Shown here piece after piece: positions 29,511 through 38,665 of a stretch of DNA of 64,000 bases; position 1 is the first letter of the stretch, and the number at the start of each line of letters is the position of its first letter. The notes under the pieces are model-generated. The model ran no database searches. It saw only the letters and a list, made by a program, of their open reading frames with translations, and had not been told where the DNA came from. Source of the DNA: Pseudomonadota bacterium (GTDB lineage: Bacteria; CALINM01); contig JAOABK010000001.1 of NCBI GenBank assembly GCA_026418415.1, forward strand, positions 7,080-71,079, in the 5' to 3' direction. The position numbers and the translations under genes were made by a program.

Positions 29511-30214
29511 TGGAAAGATTGCTTGATTATTTAGTTGATCAATTTCAAAAATTTTACCAATATATTTTTAAGAAAATCGATCTCACGGAACTCGAAGATT
29601 TAAATTTTACCGTTGTAGATTTAGAAACAACAGGTTTTCAATATCCACCAATTGATAGAATAATTGAAATTGGTGCTGTAAGAATTGAGAATTTACAAAT
29701 AAAAGATACTTTTTCAACTTTAGTGAATCCTTTAAAAAAAATACCCCAAATAGCAACTGAAGTAACTGGAATTACTGATGATGATGTCTTAAATGCTCCA
29801 ACTATTGGAAAAGCATTAAAAGAATTTTTTCGTTTTTCAACGGATACTGTAATTGTTGCCTATAACATTTCTTTTGATTATCACTTTATTCAAGAAACTT
29901 CTAAATTGAGTATGGGATATGTGCCAGAAGCGAGAACTTTATGTGCCTTTGAATTATCAAAAAAAATTCTCTATTTTTTAGAAAGATATGATTTGGATGT
30001 TGTAGCAGAATATTTTAACATAAAAATAGAGAACAGACACAGAGCATTGGGAGATGCTATAGCAACCGCAAAGATCTTTTTAATTTTAATAGACATACTT
30101 AAGAAAATCGGAATCACAAAATACGGAGAAGCAAAATTATTTGAAAAAGCTAACTTAACTCCACCGAAAATAAGAGAGTTATTGGAACATTATAGAAGGC
30201 TTGGTATTATTTAA
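29510..30214 (+). CDS. DnaQ-like 3'-5' exonuclease (DNA polymerase III epsilon family)
   Basis: Exo I motif VVDLETTG, Exo II AYNISFD and Exo III HRALGDA. Confidence 0.75.
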   Translation: MERLLDYLVDQFQKFYQYIFKKIDLTELEDLNFTVVDLETTGFQYPPIDRIIEIGAVRIENLQIKDTFSTLVNPLKKIPQIATEVTGITDDDVLNAPTIGKALKEFFRFSTDTVIVAYNISFDYHFIQETSKLSMGYVPEARTLCAFELSKKILYFLERYDLDVVAEYFNIKIENRHRALGDAIATAKIFLILIDILKKIGITKYGEAKLFEKANLTPPKIRELLEHYRRLGII

Positions 30215-31914
30215 TGAAGATTCAATAGTTCTTCAATTGTTATATTGTATTGTTTAATTTTTCTCCAGAGAGTAATTCTACTATACCCAAGGATTTTTGA
30301 TGCTTCATTCCTATCAAGATTTGTCTCTCTTAAAACTTTTATTATTTGATCACGTTCTTGTTGTATTGACTTAATTTTTTGATTTTTATTAACTATATCT
30401 CTAATTGTTTCAGGAAGCATTTCCAGTCCGATTTCTCTTTTTGTAGAGCTTGCTGTAAAATATATGTGTTCTACAACATTTTTTAATTCCTGTACATTTC
30501 CTTCCCAGGGATATTGATATAATATTGCCAAAGCAGAATCATTAATTTTAGATAGGTTTTTTTCCTTTCCCTTCTTACGACATTCAGAGAGAAAATATTC
30601 AACTAATCCTTGGATATCATCTTTCCTTTCTAAAAGAGTAGGTAAATTAATTTTCAGACTTGAAATAATTTCATATAAATCCTTGTTAAATAAACCTTTA
30701 TCTAATAAAAACTTGAGATCCTTTGAAGTTATAGCTACTAATTGAAAAGAGACTTTGTGTGGTGTATTGCTACCAAGTCTAAAATTTATTCCATTTTTTA
30801 AAACTGTTAAAAGCTTATTTTGGTTTTCTAAAGAAAGGTCACATATATCATCTATAATTAATATTCCATTATTCGCTTTTTCTATTAATCCTTGCTTTGT
30901 ATCAAATGCACCTTCGAAAGCATCCTTTTCATAACCAAAAAGTTCCTGAGAAATTTGCTCTGAAGTTAGCCCTTTTGTGTTTAGAGTGAATAAAGGTATA
31001 TCTGGGTTTTTATAAAAAATTCTTAGTTTTGATGCCAAAAACTTTTTTCCAGTTCCAGTTTGACCTGATATAAGAAAAGGCTTATTTGAAAAGCCTGCAA
31101 CAGCAAGGAGGCTAATCACTTCTTTCATGGAATCACTTTCAGTTATAACATCTTCTAATGGATATTCTTTTTTTAGTTTTTCAAAATCTAAAATCTTTTT
31201 TACAACGGCAATTCCACCCAAGAGTTGACCAGTTAATTCTTTCATGAGTTTAATTTGTGCTTTAACTAATATTGGAGTTGAATTTTTTCTAATTATGATT
31301 GAATATATCTCGTCTCTATCTTTGTTATTTTTGTAACAATAATCAAAGGGACAGTTATATCCTTCCGGTATATGACATATTTTAGGACAAGGTTGCCCTA
31401 TCAGTTCTATATTTGAATAACCAGTAATATTTTCCATTGATTTATTAGATTTAAAAATTTTAAAATTTTCATCTACAAAAACTATCCCTTCATCTATAAT
31501 ATCCATGGCATTTTCAAAAAAACTTAGTAATTTATTTGTTTGTTGAATTGAATCATTCGTTTCGAATTCATTGGTTTCTAATGATGGGGAGAGAGTTATT
31601 AAAGCACCCCTTGAATGATCGAATTCAAATGGGGAGATGCTATAATCAATAGATTTAGCTTCTCCTAAATCATCATAGTAGTTTATATTTTTCTTCTCAA
31701 AGTTTGTATTATGTTCAAAAACTGACAGAAAAGGGCAATCTTTGAAACATAGATCACAGGTTATTGCATTATAACAATACTCTCCTATTATTTCTTCAAT
31801 AGGTTTATTAAGAAAGTAACTTAGCCATTTATTTGCATAAACTATTTTGTGAGCATAGTCTATAATTAGTGCTGGTTTATTTATATTTTCTAATGTTTTA
31901 ATCTCTTTTTCCAT
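30211..31914 (-). CDS. Sigma54-dependent transcriptional activator (bEBP) with Cys-rich PAS sensor domains and Fis-type HTH
   Basis: AAA+ core with Walker A GQTGTGKK. The GAFTGA-region reads ELFGYEKDAFEGAF. C-terminal HTH (ASKILGYSRITLWRKI) and N-terminal Cys clusters (CYNAITCDLCFKDC). Confidence 0.8.
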   Translation of the reverse strand: MEKEIKTLENINKPALIIDYAHKIVYANKWLSYFLNKPIEEIIGEYCYNAITCDLCFKDCPFLSVFEHNTNFEKKNINYYDDLGEAKSIDYSISPFEFDHSRGALITLSPSLETNEFETNDSIQQTNKLLSFFENAMDIIDEGIVFVDENFKIFKSNKSMENITGYSNIELIGQPCPKICHIPEGYNCPFDYCYKNNKDRDEIYSIIIRKNSTPILVKAQIKLMKELTGQLLGGIAVVKKILDFEKLKKEYPLEDVITESDSMKEVISLLAVAGFSNKPFLISGQTGTGKKFLASKLRIFYKNPDIPLFTLNTKGLTSEQISQELFGYEKDAFEGAFDTKQGLIEKANNGILIIDDICDLSLENQNKLLTVLKNGINFRLGSNTPHKVSFQLVAITSKDLKFLLDKGLFNKDLYEIISSLKINLPTLLERKDDIQGLVEYFLSECRKKGKEKNLSKINDSALAILYQYPWEGNVQELKNVVEHIYFTASSTKREIGLEMLPETIRDIVNKNQKIKSIQQERDQIIKVLRETNLDRNEASKILGYSRITLWRKIKQYNITIEELLNLH

Positions 31915-31970
31915 AGTTTTAAATAATTATACATGTATTTTTTAATGTTGCAATAGTAAATTATTAAATC

Positions 31971-32156
31971 TTATATTTTTTTATCTTTTTTTGCATTTTC
32001 TTTATAAAAGCTAAATATTATACAAGCTGATCTAAATTTGCAATAGGTATTTGGAGTAGGGCACACAGGTTTTTCTTTTTCTATTAATTTACCAGACTTT
32101 GTGCATGTATAAAAATTGTCATCTTCTTTAATTTCTAATGCTAAGTTTTCTTTCAT
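31971..32156 (-). CDS. Small cysteine-rich protein (61 aa), translationally coupled to yedF-like gene
   Basis: Four Cys (YTCTKSG...PVCPTPNTYCKFRSAC). The start overlaps the yedF stop (ATGA). Confidence 0.4.
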   Translation of the reverse strand: MKENLALEIKEDDNFYTCTKSGKLIEKEKPVCPTPNTYCKFRSACIIFSFYKENAKKDKKI

Positions 32157-32725
32157 ATTATCACTCCATTGTTTTCAATCATTTCGATTAATTTATACAT
32201 GTTTCCTATTTTACCAACTGCTAATTTGTCTTTGATATTAAAATAGTCAAGACATGTACCACAGCTTAATATTTCTACACCTTTACATTCTAAGTTTTTT
32301 AATTCATCTAAAACTGGAGAATTAAAAATAGTTAAATGAACACCACTGTTAACAAAAAAAATTGTTTCTGGTAATTTTTCAGAATCATTTAGCGTATGAA
32401 AAAAGGTTTTTATAAGTATTTCTCCTAATTTTTTATCTCCCTCTCCAAAATAGTTCTTTGTAACTATTAATTTAAGTTGTAACTCTTTTTTTGAAGTGTA
32501 GGTAGATACATTCATTTTTTTTATTAATAAGTGGTAATTCTCTCCTATTTTGGTAACTTCAAATTTAATGCCCTTTGTAATTAAAAATCTTTCTATATTT
32601 TCTTTTGAGACTTCAGAGTTTGTAATTATTTCTAATTCATTGAAATCTTCTGTCTCAATGGCTTTTTTTGTAAGTATAACTGGCTCTGGACAGGGTTTGT
32701 TTCTCACATCAACTATCTTTTTCAC
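32153..32725 (-). CDS. yedF: YedF-like selenium/sulfur metabolism protein (TusA-like N-domain + DsrE-like C-domain)
   Basis: TusA-type CPxP motif (NKPCPEPV) at the N-terminus and a DsrE/DsrF-like C-terminal half. Confidence 0.65.
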   Translation of the reverse strand: MKKIVDVRNKPCPEPVILTKKAIETEDFNELEIITNSEVSKENIERFLITKGIKFEVTKIGENYHLLIKKMNVSTYTSKKELQLKLIVTKNYFGEGDKKLGEILIKTFFHTLNDSEKLPETIFFVNSGVHLTIFNSPVLDELKNLECKGVEILSCGTCLDYFNIKDKLAVGKIGNMYKLIEMIENNGVII

Positions 32726-33122
32726 TTTTAGCTCCCATTGATGAGTGGAATATCTTAATGCAAGTGTCTTCTACTACTGTAATATTATTATTTTCGAGTA
32801 GCTCTTTTGCTTCCTTATTTTTAATTCCCAGTTGCATCCAGAAACATTTTATACCTAATTTTACTGCTTCTTCTGCTATTGGTAAGATATCTTCTGATTT
32901 TCTGAAAACATCTACTATGTCTATATTTTCAGTTATTGATAACAAGCTTGGATAACACTTTTCATCAAGAATTGAATCATATTTAGGATTTACTGGTATT
33001 ATTTTGTAGCCAACTGATTTTAGATATTTTGCCACTTGATAAGAAGGTTTGCTCGGATCATCAGAACAGCCAACAATGGCTATTGTTTTTGCATTTTTTA
33101 GTATATCTTGTAGACTATTCAT
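32709..33122 (-). CDS. CoA-binding domain protein (YccU-like)
   Basis: 137 aa with Rossmann-like IAIVGCSDDPSKPSY...KIIPVNP. Confidence 0.6.
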   Translation of the reverse strand: MNSLQDILKNAKTIAIVGCSDDPSKPSYQVAKYLKSVGYKIIPVNPKYDSILDEKCYPSLLSITENIDIVDVFRKSEDILPIAEEAVKLGIKCFWMQLGIKNKEAKELLENNNITVVEDTCIKIFHSSMGAKSEKDS

Positions 33123-33399
33123 TAAATATCTCCGTCATGGCTTTGACTAATTTTGCTACTTTTTCGTTTGAAACATAATACTGTCTTTTTACACCAATTT
33201 TTTCAGCCTTTATCAAATGTTTATTCTTCAAAATAGCCAAATGCTGAGATACTGTTGCTTGGGGAAGTCCTAAACAATCCCATATATCTTTAACGCAACT
33301 TTTTCTTTGTAATAATCCTGATAAAATAGTTAGTCTAATAGGATGGCTAATTACTTTTAGAATTTCTGCTAATTCTTCAAACTTTTTATAATCTTCCAT
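33115..33399 (-). CDS. ArsR/SmtB family transcriptional regulator
   Basis: Winged HTH motif ISHPIRLTIL...CVKDI...LPQATVSQHL. Confidence 0.8.
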   Translation of the reverse strand: MEDYKKFEELAEILKVISHPIRLTILSGLLQRKSCVKDIWDCLGLPQATVSQHLAILKNKHLIKAEKIGVKRQYYVSNEKVAKLVKAMTEIFNE

Positions 33400-33459
33400 T
33401 TAAGCCTCCATTTTTAATTATATGAATATTATTATATTCAATTTAGATGAGAAAGTCAA

Positions 33460-34161
33460 TTAATATAATCTCTGTCTTGTTTGTTCAGCTATTTCTTGTA
33501 GGGCTTTTATATTTAAGATAATTATTTTGTTTTTTACTGTATCTAAGATTTTCATATCTTTGAATTTTTTTAAGGTTCTTGACAGTGTTTCGTTAACGGT
33601 GCCTATTTTTTTTGCAATCTCGGTTTTTTTTAGAACCAGTTCAAATTCTATAATCTCCCCTCTTTTTACTCCCCTAATTGCTGATTCTTTTAACAAAAAT
33701 TCTGCAAGCCTCACATCAACTGTCTTAAGAGAAACATCATTAATTAGATCAATTACTTTTTTTAACATGATTGAAAGACTTATGATTAAGTTTAGACTTA
33801 ACTTTGGATTCTTTTCTAGAGTTTCTAAAAAAATATCTTTGTCAAAAAATGCTACTACGCTATCTAATATTGTCTCAGCAAAAGCTGGATAGGTGTTACC
33901 AATGAAGATTGCTGCCTCTGCAAAAGTATTGTGAGGGTTTATTATATGAAGAATCTGTTCTCTACTATCAGGTGAAATTCTGTATATTTTAACCATGCCT
34001 GATAATAAAACATAGAAACCCTTAGCAATATCTCCTTCAGAAAAAATCAAACTTTTCTTTGGATATTTTTTAATTTTTGCTGTTTTCACAAGCTCTTTTA
34101 AGTCTTCTTCATTGAGCCCAGAAAAGATCAAGCATTTTTTAAATTCTGCTATATAGTCCAT
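33460..34161 (-). CDS. Crp/Fnr family transcriptional regulator
   Basis: cNMP-binding beta-roll (IFSEGD...GFYVLLSGMVKIYR) and a C-terminal HTH (KTEIAKKIGTVNETLSRTLKK). Confidence 0.85.
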   Translation of the reverse strand: MDYIAEFKKCLIFSGLNEEDLKELVKTAKIKKYPKKSLIFSEGDIAKGFYVLLSGMVKIYRISPDSREQILHIINPHNTFAEAAIFIGNTYPAFAETILDSVVAFFDKDIFLETLEKNPKLSLNLIISLSIMLKKVIDLINDVSLKTVDVRLAEFLLKESAIRGVKRGEIIEFELVLKKTEIAKKIGTVNETLSRTLKKFKDMKILDTVKNKIIILNIKALQEIAEQTRQRLY

Positions 34162-34170
34162 TAATTTTCC

Positions 34171-34542
34171 TCAGGCATAACTTATATTTTCTAAAATCAT
34201 AAATAGAGCATTTATTTGTAATGGATCAGATTTATTTATTACAGATAACACTTTTCCCATTTTAAAGTGTTTGTGTAATTCTTCTGATGTTTTTGAGCTA
34301 ACTACAATTATTTTATAAAAAGGTATACCTGCTTTTTCAGCATGATCAATAACTTTTTTACCATCAATAGTTGACATCTCCCAGTCTACTATTAAAAGGT
34401 CGAAAACTTTATCAAATTCTTTAAAGGCTTCTAAGGGGTCGTTAAAGGTTTTTATATTAAAGCAGGGATAGTGTTTTTCTATCTCATTCTTTATAAGATT
34501 AAGAAAAGAAACGTTATCGTCTATTATAATTATAGTCTTCAT
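34171..34542 (-). CDS. Single-domain CheY-like response regulator
   Basis: 123 aa with receiver aspartates (IIIIDD, LLIVDWEM). Confidence 0.7.
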   Translation of the reverse strand: MKTIIIIDDNVSFLNLIKNEIEKHYPCFNIKTFNDPLEAFKEFDKVFDLLIVDWEMSTIDGKKVIDHAEKAGIPFYKIIVVSSKTSEELHKHFKMGKVLSVINKSDPLQINALFMILENISYA

Positions 34543-35300
34543 TTTATTAATTTTTTCTTCATAAGTTTTATTGAAAGAATAAAGAAAATGATACCATGAA
34601 AAAAAGGATAGATCCCCTCTAAAATTATCTTTAAGTTTAAATTGTATTCTAACGCTCTTAAAGAAATCATGGAATAGGTGAGAGGAAAGATTATTTTACT
34701 AATATAGACTATGAAATCAGGAAAGTTAGTGATAGGAAAAAATGTGCCAGAGAAAAAAATCATAGGGGTATAGTATAGGAAGATAGGGTAGTTAAAGGAT
34801 TCGATGGTTGATACAATTGAAGTGAACAACATACCAAGAGAAGAAAAAGTAAAAGAAAGAATTGAAATAATTAATAAATAAAAAAATAAGTTCTTTAAGG
34901 GGACCAATCCCAGAAAAATTAGAAAAATTAATACCATGAAGCCACTTATTATGCCTCTTGTTGCTCCCCACATAATTTCACCCATTACGACCTCTTCTAT
35001 ACTAACAGGTGTTGCTATAATTGCGTCAAAGGTTTTTTGAAATATCATTTTCACGAAACTTGAATAGGTGGTATAAAAAAAGGATGAACTTAAGGTTGCC
35101 ATTGCGACAATTGCTGGTATTATAAACTTTTTGTAAGGCATCCCATTTATATCTCTTACAAAATTTCCTAATCCAAATCCAAAGGTTATTAGATAAAAAA
35201 TAGGTTCTAGTAGGGGTAAAAAAAAGTTTACCCAGAAAAGCTTTTTAAAAACGTCTCTGTTTCTTTTCCATACAGGTATCCAGCCAGTTAAAATTATCAC
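34539..35300 (-). CDS. ABC-2 type transporter permease
   Basis: 253 aa with six predicted TM helices. ATGA overlap with the ATPase gene. Confidence 0.7.
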   Translation of the reverse strand: MIILTGWIPVWKRNRDVFKKLFWVNFFLPLLEPIFYLITFGFGLGNFVRDINGMPYKKFIIPAIVAMATLSSSFFYTTYSSFVKMIFQKTFDAIIATPVSIEEVVMGEIMWGATRGIISGFMVLIFLIFLGLVPLKNLFFYLLIISILSFTFSSLGMLFTSIVSTIESFNYPIFLYYTPMIFFSGTFFPITNFPDFIVYISKIIFPLTYSMISLRALEYNLNLKIILEGIYPFFHGIIFFILSIKLMKKKLIK

Positions 35301-36205
35301 TCCTTTAACTCCTTTCCTGTAAGATAGATGAAAAGATCTTCTAAGTTTGTTGGTCTAACGGTAAATTTTATGTTTTCACAAATATCTGTAAGCATTTCTA
35401 AGGCTTCTTTTTTATTATCTGTATGAATATAAATCCTATCTTTGAAAAAGATCTTTTTCCCCTTTATTTCATTTAATTTAACATCTTCGCAGTTATATAT
35501 TTCTATGGTTTCTGTTCCTATATGTTTGATTATAAGCTCCTTCGGATTTCCCCATGTGATAATTTTACCTGCATCCATTATGTAAATCCTATCACAAAGC
35601 TTTTCTGCTTCTTCCATGTAATGGGTTGTTAATATAATAGTTTTACCATTTTTTTTTAAATCTTCAATCATCTCCCATATTTTCCTTCGAGCTTGAGGAT
35701 CTAAGCCAGTAGTTGGCTCATCGAGTATTATTAATTCTGGATCGTTTATTAAACTTCTTGCAATGATAAGTTTTCTTTTCATGCCACCAGATAAATCGGT
35801 TACCTTTTCGTCTCTTTTGTTTTGTAAACCAACAAAGTTAAGTAAATTTTGAATCCTTTTTTCTGCCTCATCTCTCTTTATCCCAAAATATCTCGAGAAA
35901 ACAAGTAGATTTTCGTAAACAGTAAAGTCAGGATCGAAGTTGTTGTCTTGAGGAACTAATCCTATTAATGCTTTGATTTTCTTCTGATCTTTTTCAGTGT
36001 CTAATCCAAAGACTTTTAACTTTCCAGAAGTTTTGAAAGATGTACAGGTAATGAGTTTTATAAGGGTTGTTTTACCTGCTCCGTTGGGTCCTAAAAAACC
36101 TACAATTTCACCTTCCTTAACAAAGAAATTTATGTTATCGAGAGCCTTAAAACTATCATAGTTTTTAGATATATTAAAGCCTTCAATAATTATTTGGGTT
36201 GTCAT
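35297..36205 (-). CDS. ABC transporter ATP-binding protein (ABC-2/drug-exporter type)
   Basis: Intact Walker A GPNGAGKTT, signature LSGGMKRK and Walker B IILDEPTTGLD. Confidence 0.9.
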   Translation of the reverse strand: MTTQIIIEGFNISKNYDSFKALDNINFFVKEGEIVGFLGPNGAGKTTLIKLITCTSFKTSGKLKVFGLDTEKDQKKIKALIGLVPQDNNFDPDFTVYENLLVFSRYFGIKRDEAEKRIQNLLNFVGLQNKRDEKVTDLSGGMKRKLIIARSLINDPELIILDEPTTGLDPQARRKIWEMIEDLKKNGKTIILTTHYMEEAEKLCDRIYIMDAGKIITWGNPKELIIKHIGTETIEIYNCEDVKLNEIKGKKIFFKDRIYIHTDNKKEALEMLTDICENIKFTVRPTNLEDLFIYLTGKELKE

Positions 36206-36218
36206 CCTTTTATTATAT

Positions 36219-37475
36219 CTATTTATTGAGGGTTTTCAAAATTTTTGCTTTGTATGATTTTGGTAAATAGGCTTTAATAGAAAAACCTGTCTGATCATAC
36301 TGTAATTTTTCAAGTCTTCCATATGATTTTATAATATCTATTATATTTGATTTATCAAAGGCAAAATGTTCATCTAATAACTCCCAATCTTCTTCTAAAG
36401 ATTGAGAAATTTTTTTTATTAGGTCCTTTAAACCTATCTTCTTAGATGCAGAAATAAAAACGTATGGTTCTGAGATATTTTGTTCAATTTTGAAAATTTT
36501 TAGAGTGTCTTCACTAATCTTATCAATCTTATTAAAAGCTACTATAATTGGCTGATTAGCTCCAAGTTCTTTAAGAATTTTGTTAACTTCATTATATTGT
36601 TCTTCCCAGTTTTTGTTGCTCAAATCAACGACATGGATAAGTAAATCAGAATTTACAATTTCTTCTAAAGTAGATTTAAAAGCTTCTATTAAAAAAACTG
36701 GGAGCTTTTTTATAAAGCCTACTGTGTCTGTTAACAAGAAAGGATGCATCTCAGGATAAACTATTTTCCTTGTCGTTGGATCAAGAGTGGCAAATAATTT
36801 ATCTTCTGCTAAGACAGATGAATCTGTTAAAGCATTTAGAAGTGTTGACTTTCCTGCATTTGTATAACCCACTAAAGAAATTACAGGTATTTCATTTTTC
36901 TTCCTTGCGATTCTTTTTTCAAACCTACTCTTTTCAATTCTTTCAATCCTTTCTTTAATCTTTTGAATAAGTAATCTTATTTTTCTTCTGTCTGTTTCTA
37001 ATTTTGTTTCTCCAGGGCCTCTTGTACCTATTCCACCTCCCAATCTTGAAAGAGCAAAACCTCTTCCTTTAAGCCTTGGAAGAATGTAGTTTAATTGTGC
37101 TAATTGTACTTGAAGTTTTCCTTCTCTTGATTTTGCTCTTTGAGCAAAAATATCAAGAATTAATCCAGTTCTATCGACAAGTTTTTTCTCAAAGAAATCT
37201 TCTAAATTTCTTTGTTGTGCTGGAGTGAGCTCTGCATCAATTATAATCAGATCACAATCAGAGGATAAATGTTTTATCTCTTCTGCTTTTCCCTTCCCAA
37301 TAAGCAGAGCAGGATTATATTGTCTAATCTCTACTATTACTTTCCCTTCAACTACTGCACCAGCAGTAGTAGCAAGATGATATAACTCTTCTAAAGATTC
37401 CTCAGCTTGAATTATCGAATCTTTTTTATCTTTTATACCTATTAAAAAGGCTTTTTCTTTATTGTTTTTTATAAT
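36219..37475 (-). CDS. hflX: GTPase HflX (start codon uncertain/non-canonical)
   Basis: GTPase domain [14 protein letters not shown] and NKID, plus the HflX N-domain ([22 protein letters not shown]). The track ORF is truncated at TTG 37043. The reading frame stays open up to the stop at 37515-37517 with no ATG, GTG or TTG. Confidence 0.7.
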   Translation of the reverse strand: MIKNNKEKAFLIGIKDKKDSIIQAEESLEELYHLATTAGAVVEGKVIVEIRQYNPALLIGKGKAEEIKHLSSDCDLIIIDAELTPAQQRNLEDFFEKKLVDRTGLILDIFAQRAKSREGKLQVQLAQLNYILPRLKGRGFALSRLGGGIGTRGPGETKLETDRRKIRLLIQKIKERIERIEKSRFEKRIARKKNEIPVISLVGYTNAGKSTLLNALTDSSVLAEDKLFATLDPTTRKIVYPEMHPFLLTDTVGFIKKLPVFLIEAFKSTLEEIVNSDLLIHVVDLSNKNWEEQYNEVNKILKELGANQPIIVAFNKIDKISEDTLKIFKIEQNISEPYVFISASKKIGLKDLIKKISQSLEEDWELLDEHFAFDKSNIIDIIKSYGRLEKLQYDQTGFSIKAYLPKSYKAKILKTLNK

Positions 37476-37692
37476 CCTTCTCTCCGGGTTTAAGTATGAA
37501 TTCTTTTGGAGGAATTATTTTTGAAAGTGCATGTTTATATACTAAAACCAGTTCTAACTGGGTTTGTAACATTATGCAGAAATTGTCAAAACCTTTAATT
37601 ACCCCAACAATTTTTTTTCCATCAAGCATTTCAAGCACCACATTAATTTTTTCTTTTCTCAACTGATTTAAAAACAAATCTTGAATGTTCAT
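37459..37692 (-). CDS. hfq: RNA chaperone Hfq
   Basis: Sm1/Sm2 motifs: [35 protein letters not shown] ... YKHAL. Confidence 0.85.
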   Translation of the reverse strand: MNIQDLFLNQLRKEKINVVLEMLDGKKIVGVIKGFDNFCIMLQTQLELVLVYKHALSKIIPPKEFILKPGEKDYKKQ

Positions 37693-37736
37693 AAAACCTC
37701 CCCCAATAAAAAAGTAAAAAAGATAATAAAAATTTA

Positions 37737-38663
37737 TTAATTGTTATGCAAGAATTTTTTAGCTTTTTCAAGAAAAATTTTTAACTGCTTCGGTGATTCT
37801 GCATTAATAAACTGCACATTTTTTTCTTTTTTGAACCAAATTTTTTGCCTTTTTGCATATTCTTTGGTAGATTTAATTGTCATATTTATGGCCTCGTCGA
37901 AAGATATTTTACCTTCTATATGCATTACTGCCTCTTTATATCCAATGCTTTTTAATGGTTTAATATTTAATCCATAGAGTTCTATAATTTTTTTTGTTTC
38001 TTCTATAATACCTTCATTGAAAATTTTTTTAGTCCTTTCTTCAATCCTTTTAAGAAGAATGTCTTTTTCAAGATGGGGAATTAAAATAGTAAAGTTATAA
38101 GGTGATATGTGAAAGCCGTATTTTTTATGAATATCGCTCATCTTTTCTCCAGTAGCTGTATAAAATTCAAGAGCTCTTACAATTCTAATTTTATCATTAG
38201 GGTGAATTTTTTCAGCAAATTCAGGGTCAATTTTTAAAAGTTCATCATAAAGTTTTTCAAGCCCCCATTCAATTAATCTTTTTTCCCATAATTTTCGAGC
38301 TTCTTTAATTAATGAGTCATTCTGTTCAAATAGTCCATACAAAAAGCATCTTATATAAAGTCCAGTACCACCAACAATTATGGGAATCTTATTTCTTGAA
38401 TAAATCTCAGTTACTTTTTTTTCTGCTAATTTTTTAAAGATGTAGGCATTAAAATCTTCATTGGGTTCTAAGATATCAATCAAATGATGGGGTATTTTAT
38501 CTCTATATTCTTTTGGAGGCTTTGCTGATCCGATGTCAAAATATTTGTAAACTTGAATTGAATCTGCATTTATAATCTCACCACCAAGTTCATTTGCAAG
38601 GTAGAAGGCAATATCACTTTTACCTGTTGCAGTTTGTCCAGCAATAATAATTATTTTCCGCAT
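37737..38663 (-). CDS. miaA: tRNA dimethylallyltransferase
   Basis: P-loop GQTATGKS and IPT-family core (PHHLIDI). Confidence 0.9.
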   Translation of the reverse strand: MRKIIIIAGQTATGKSDIAFYLANELGGEIINADSIQVYKYFDIGSAKPPKEYRDKIPHHLIDILEPNEDFNAYIFKKLAEKKVTEIYSRNKIPIIVGGTGLYIRCFLYGLFEQNDSLIKEARKLWEKRLIEWGLEKLYDELLKIDPEFAEKIHPNDKIRIVRALEFYTATGEKMSDIHKKYGFHISPYNFTILIPHLEKDILLKRIEERTKKIFNEGIIEETKKIIELYGLNIKPLKSIGYKEAVMHIEGKISFDEAINMTIKSTKEYAKRQKIWFKKEKNVQFINAESPKQLKIFLEKAKKFLHNN

Positions 38664-38665
38664 AT

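Noticed and set aside
31926-31953. Minus-strand TTGCAA-N16-TATAAT promoter-like element upstream of the sigma54-activator gene
   Set aside because: Its -10 ends only ~11 nt before the annotated ATG, leaving no room for a leader or ribosome-binding site unless the mRNA is leaderless. Too uncertain to call a feature.
36219-37043. Apparent 5'-truncated hflX (track ORF begins at [11 protein letters not shown]) that could be read as a pseudogene
   Set aside because: The reading frame is open a further ~470 nt upstream and encodes a typical HflX N-domain. The truncation is an artefact of requiring an ATG/GTG/TTG start. See the finding on the non-canonical start.
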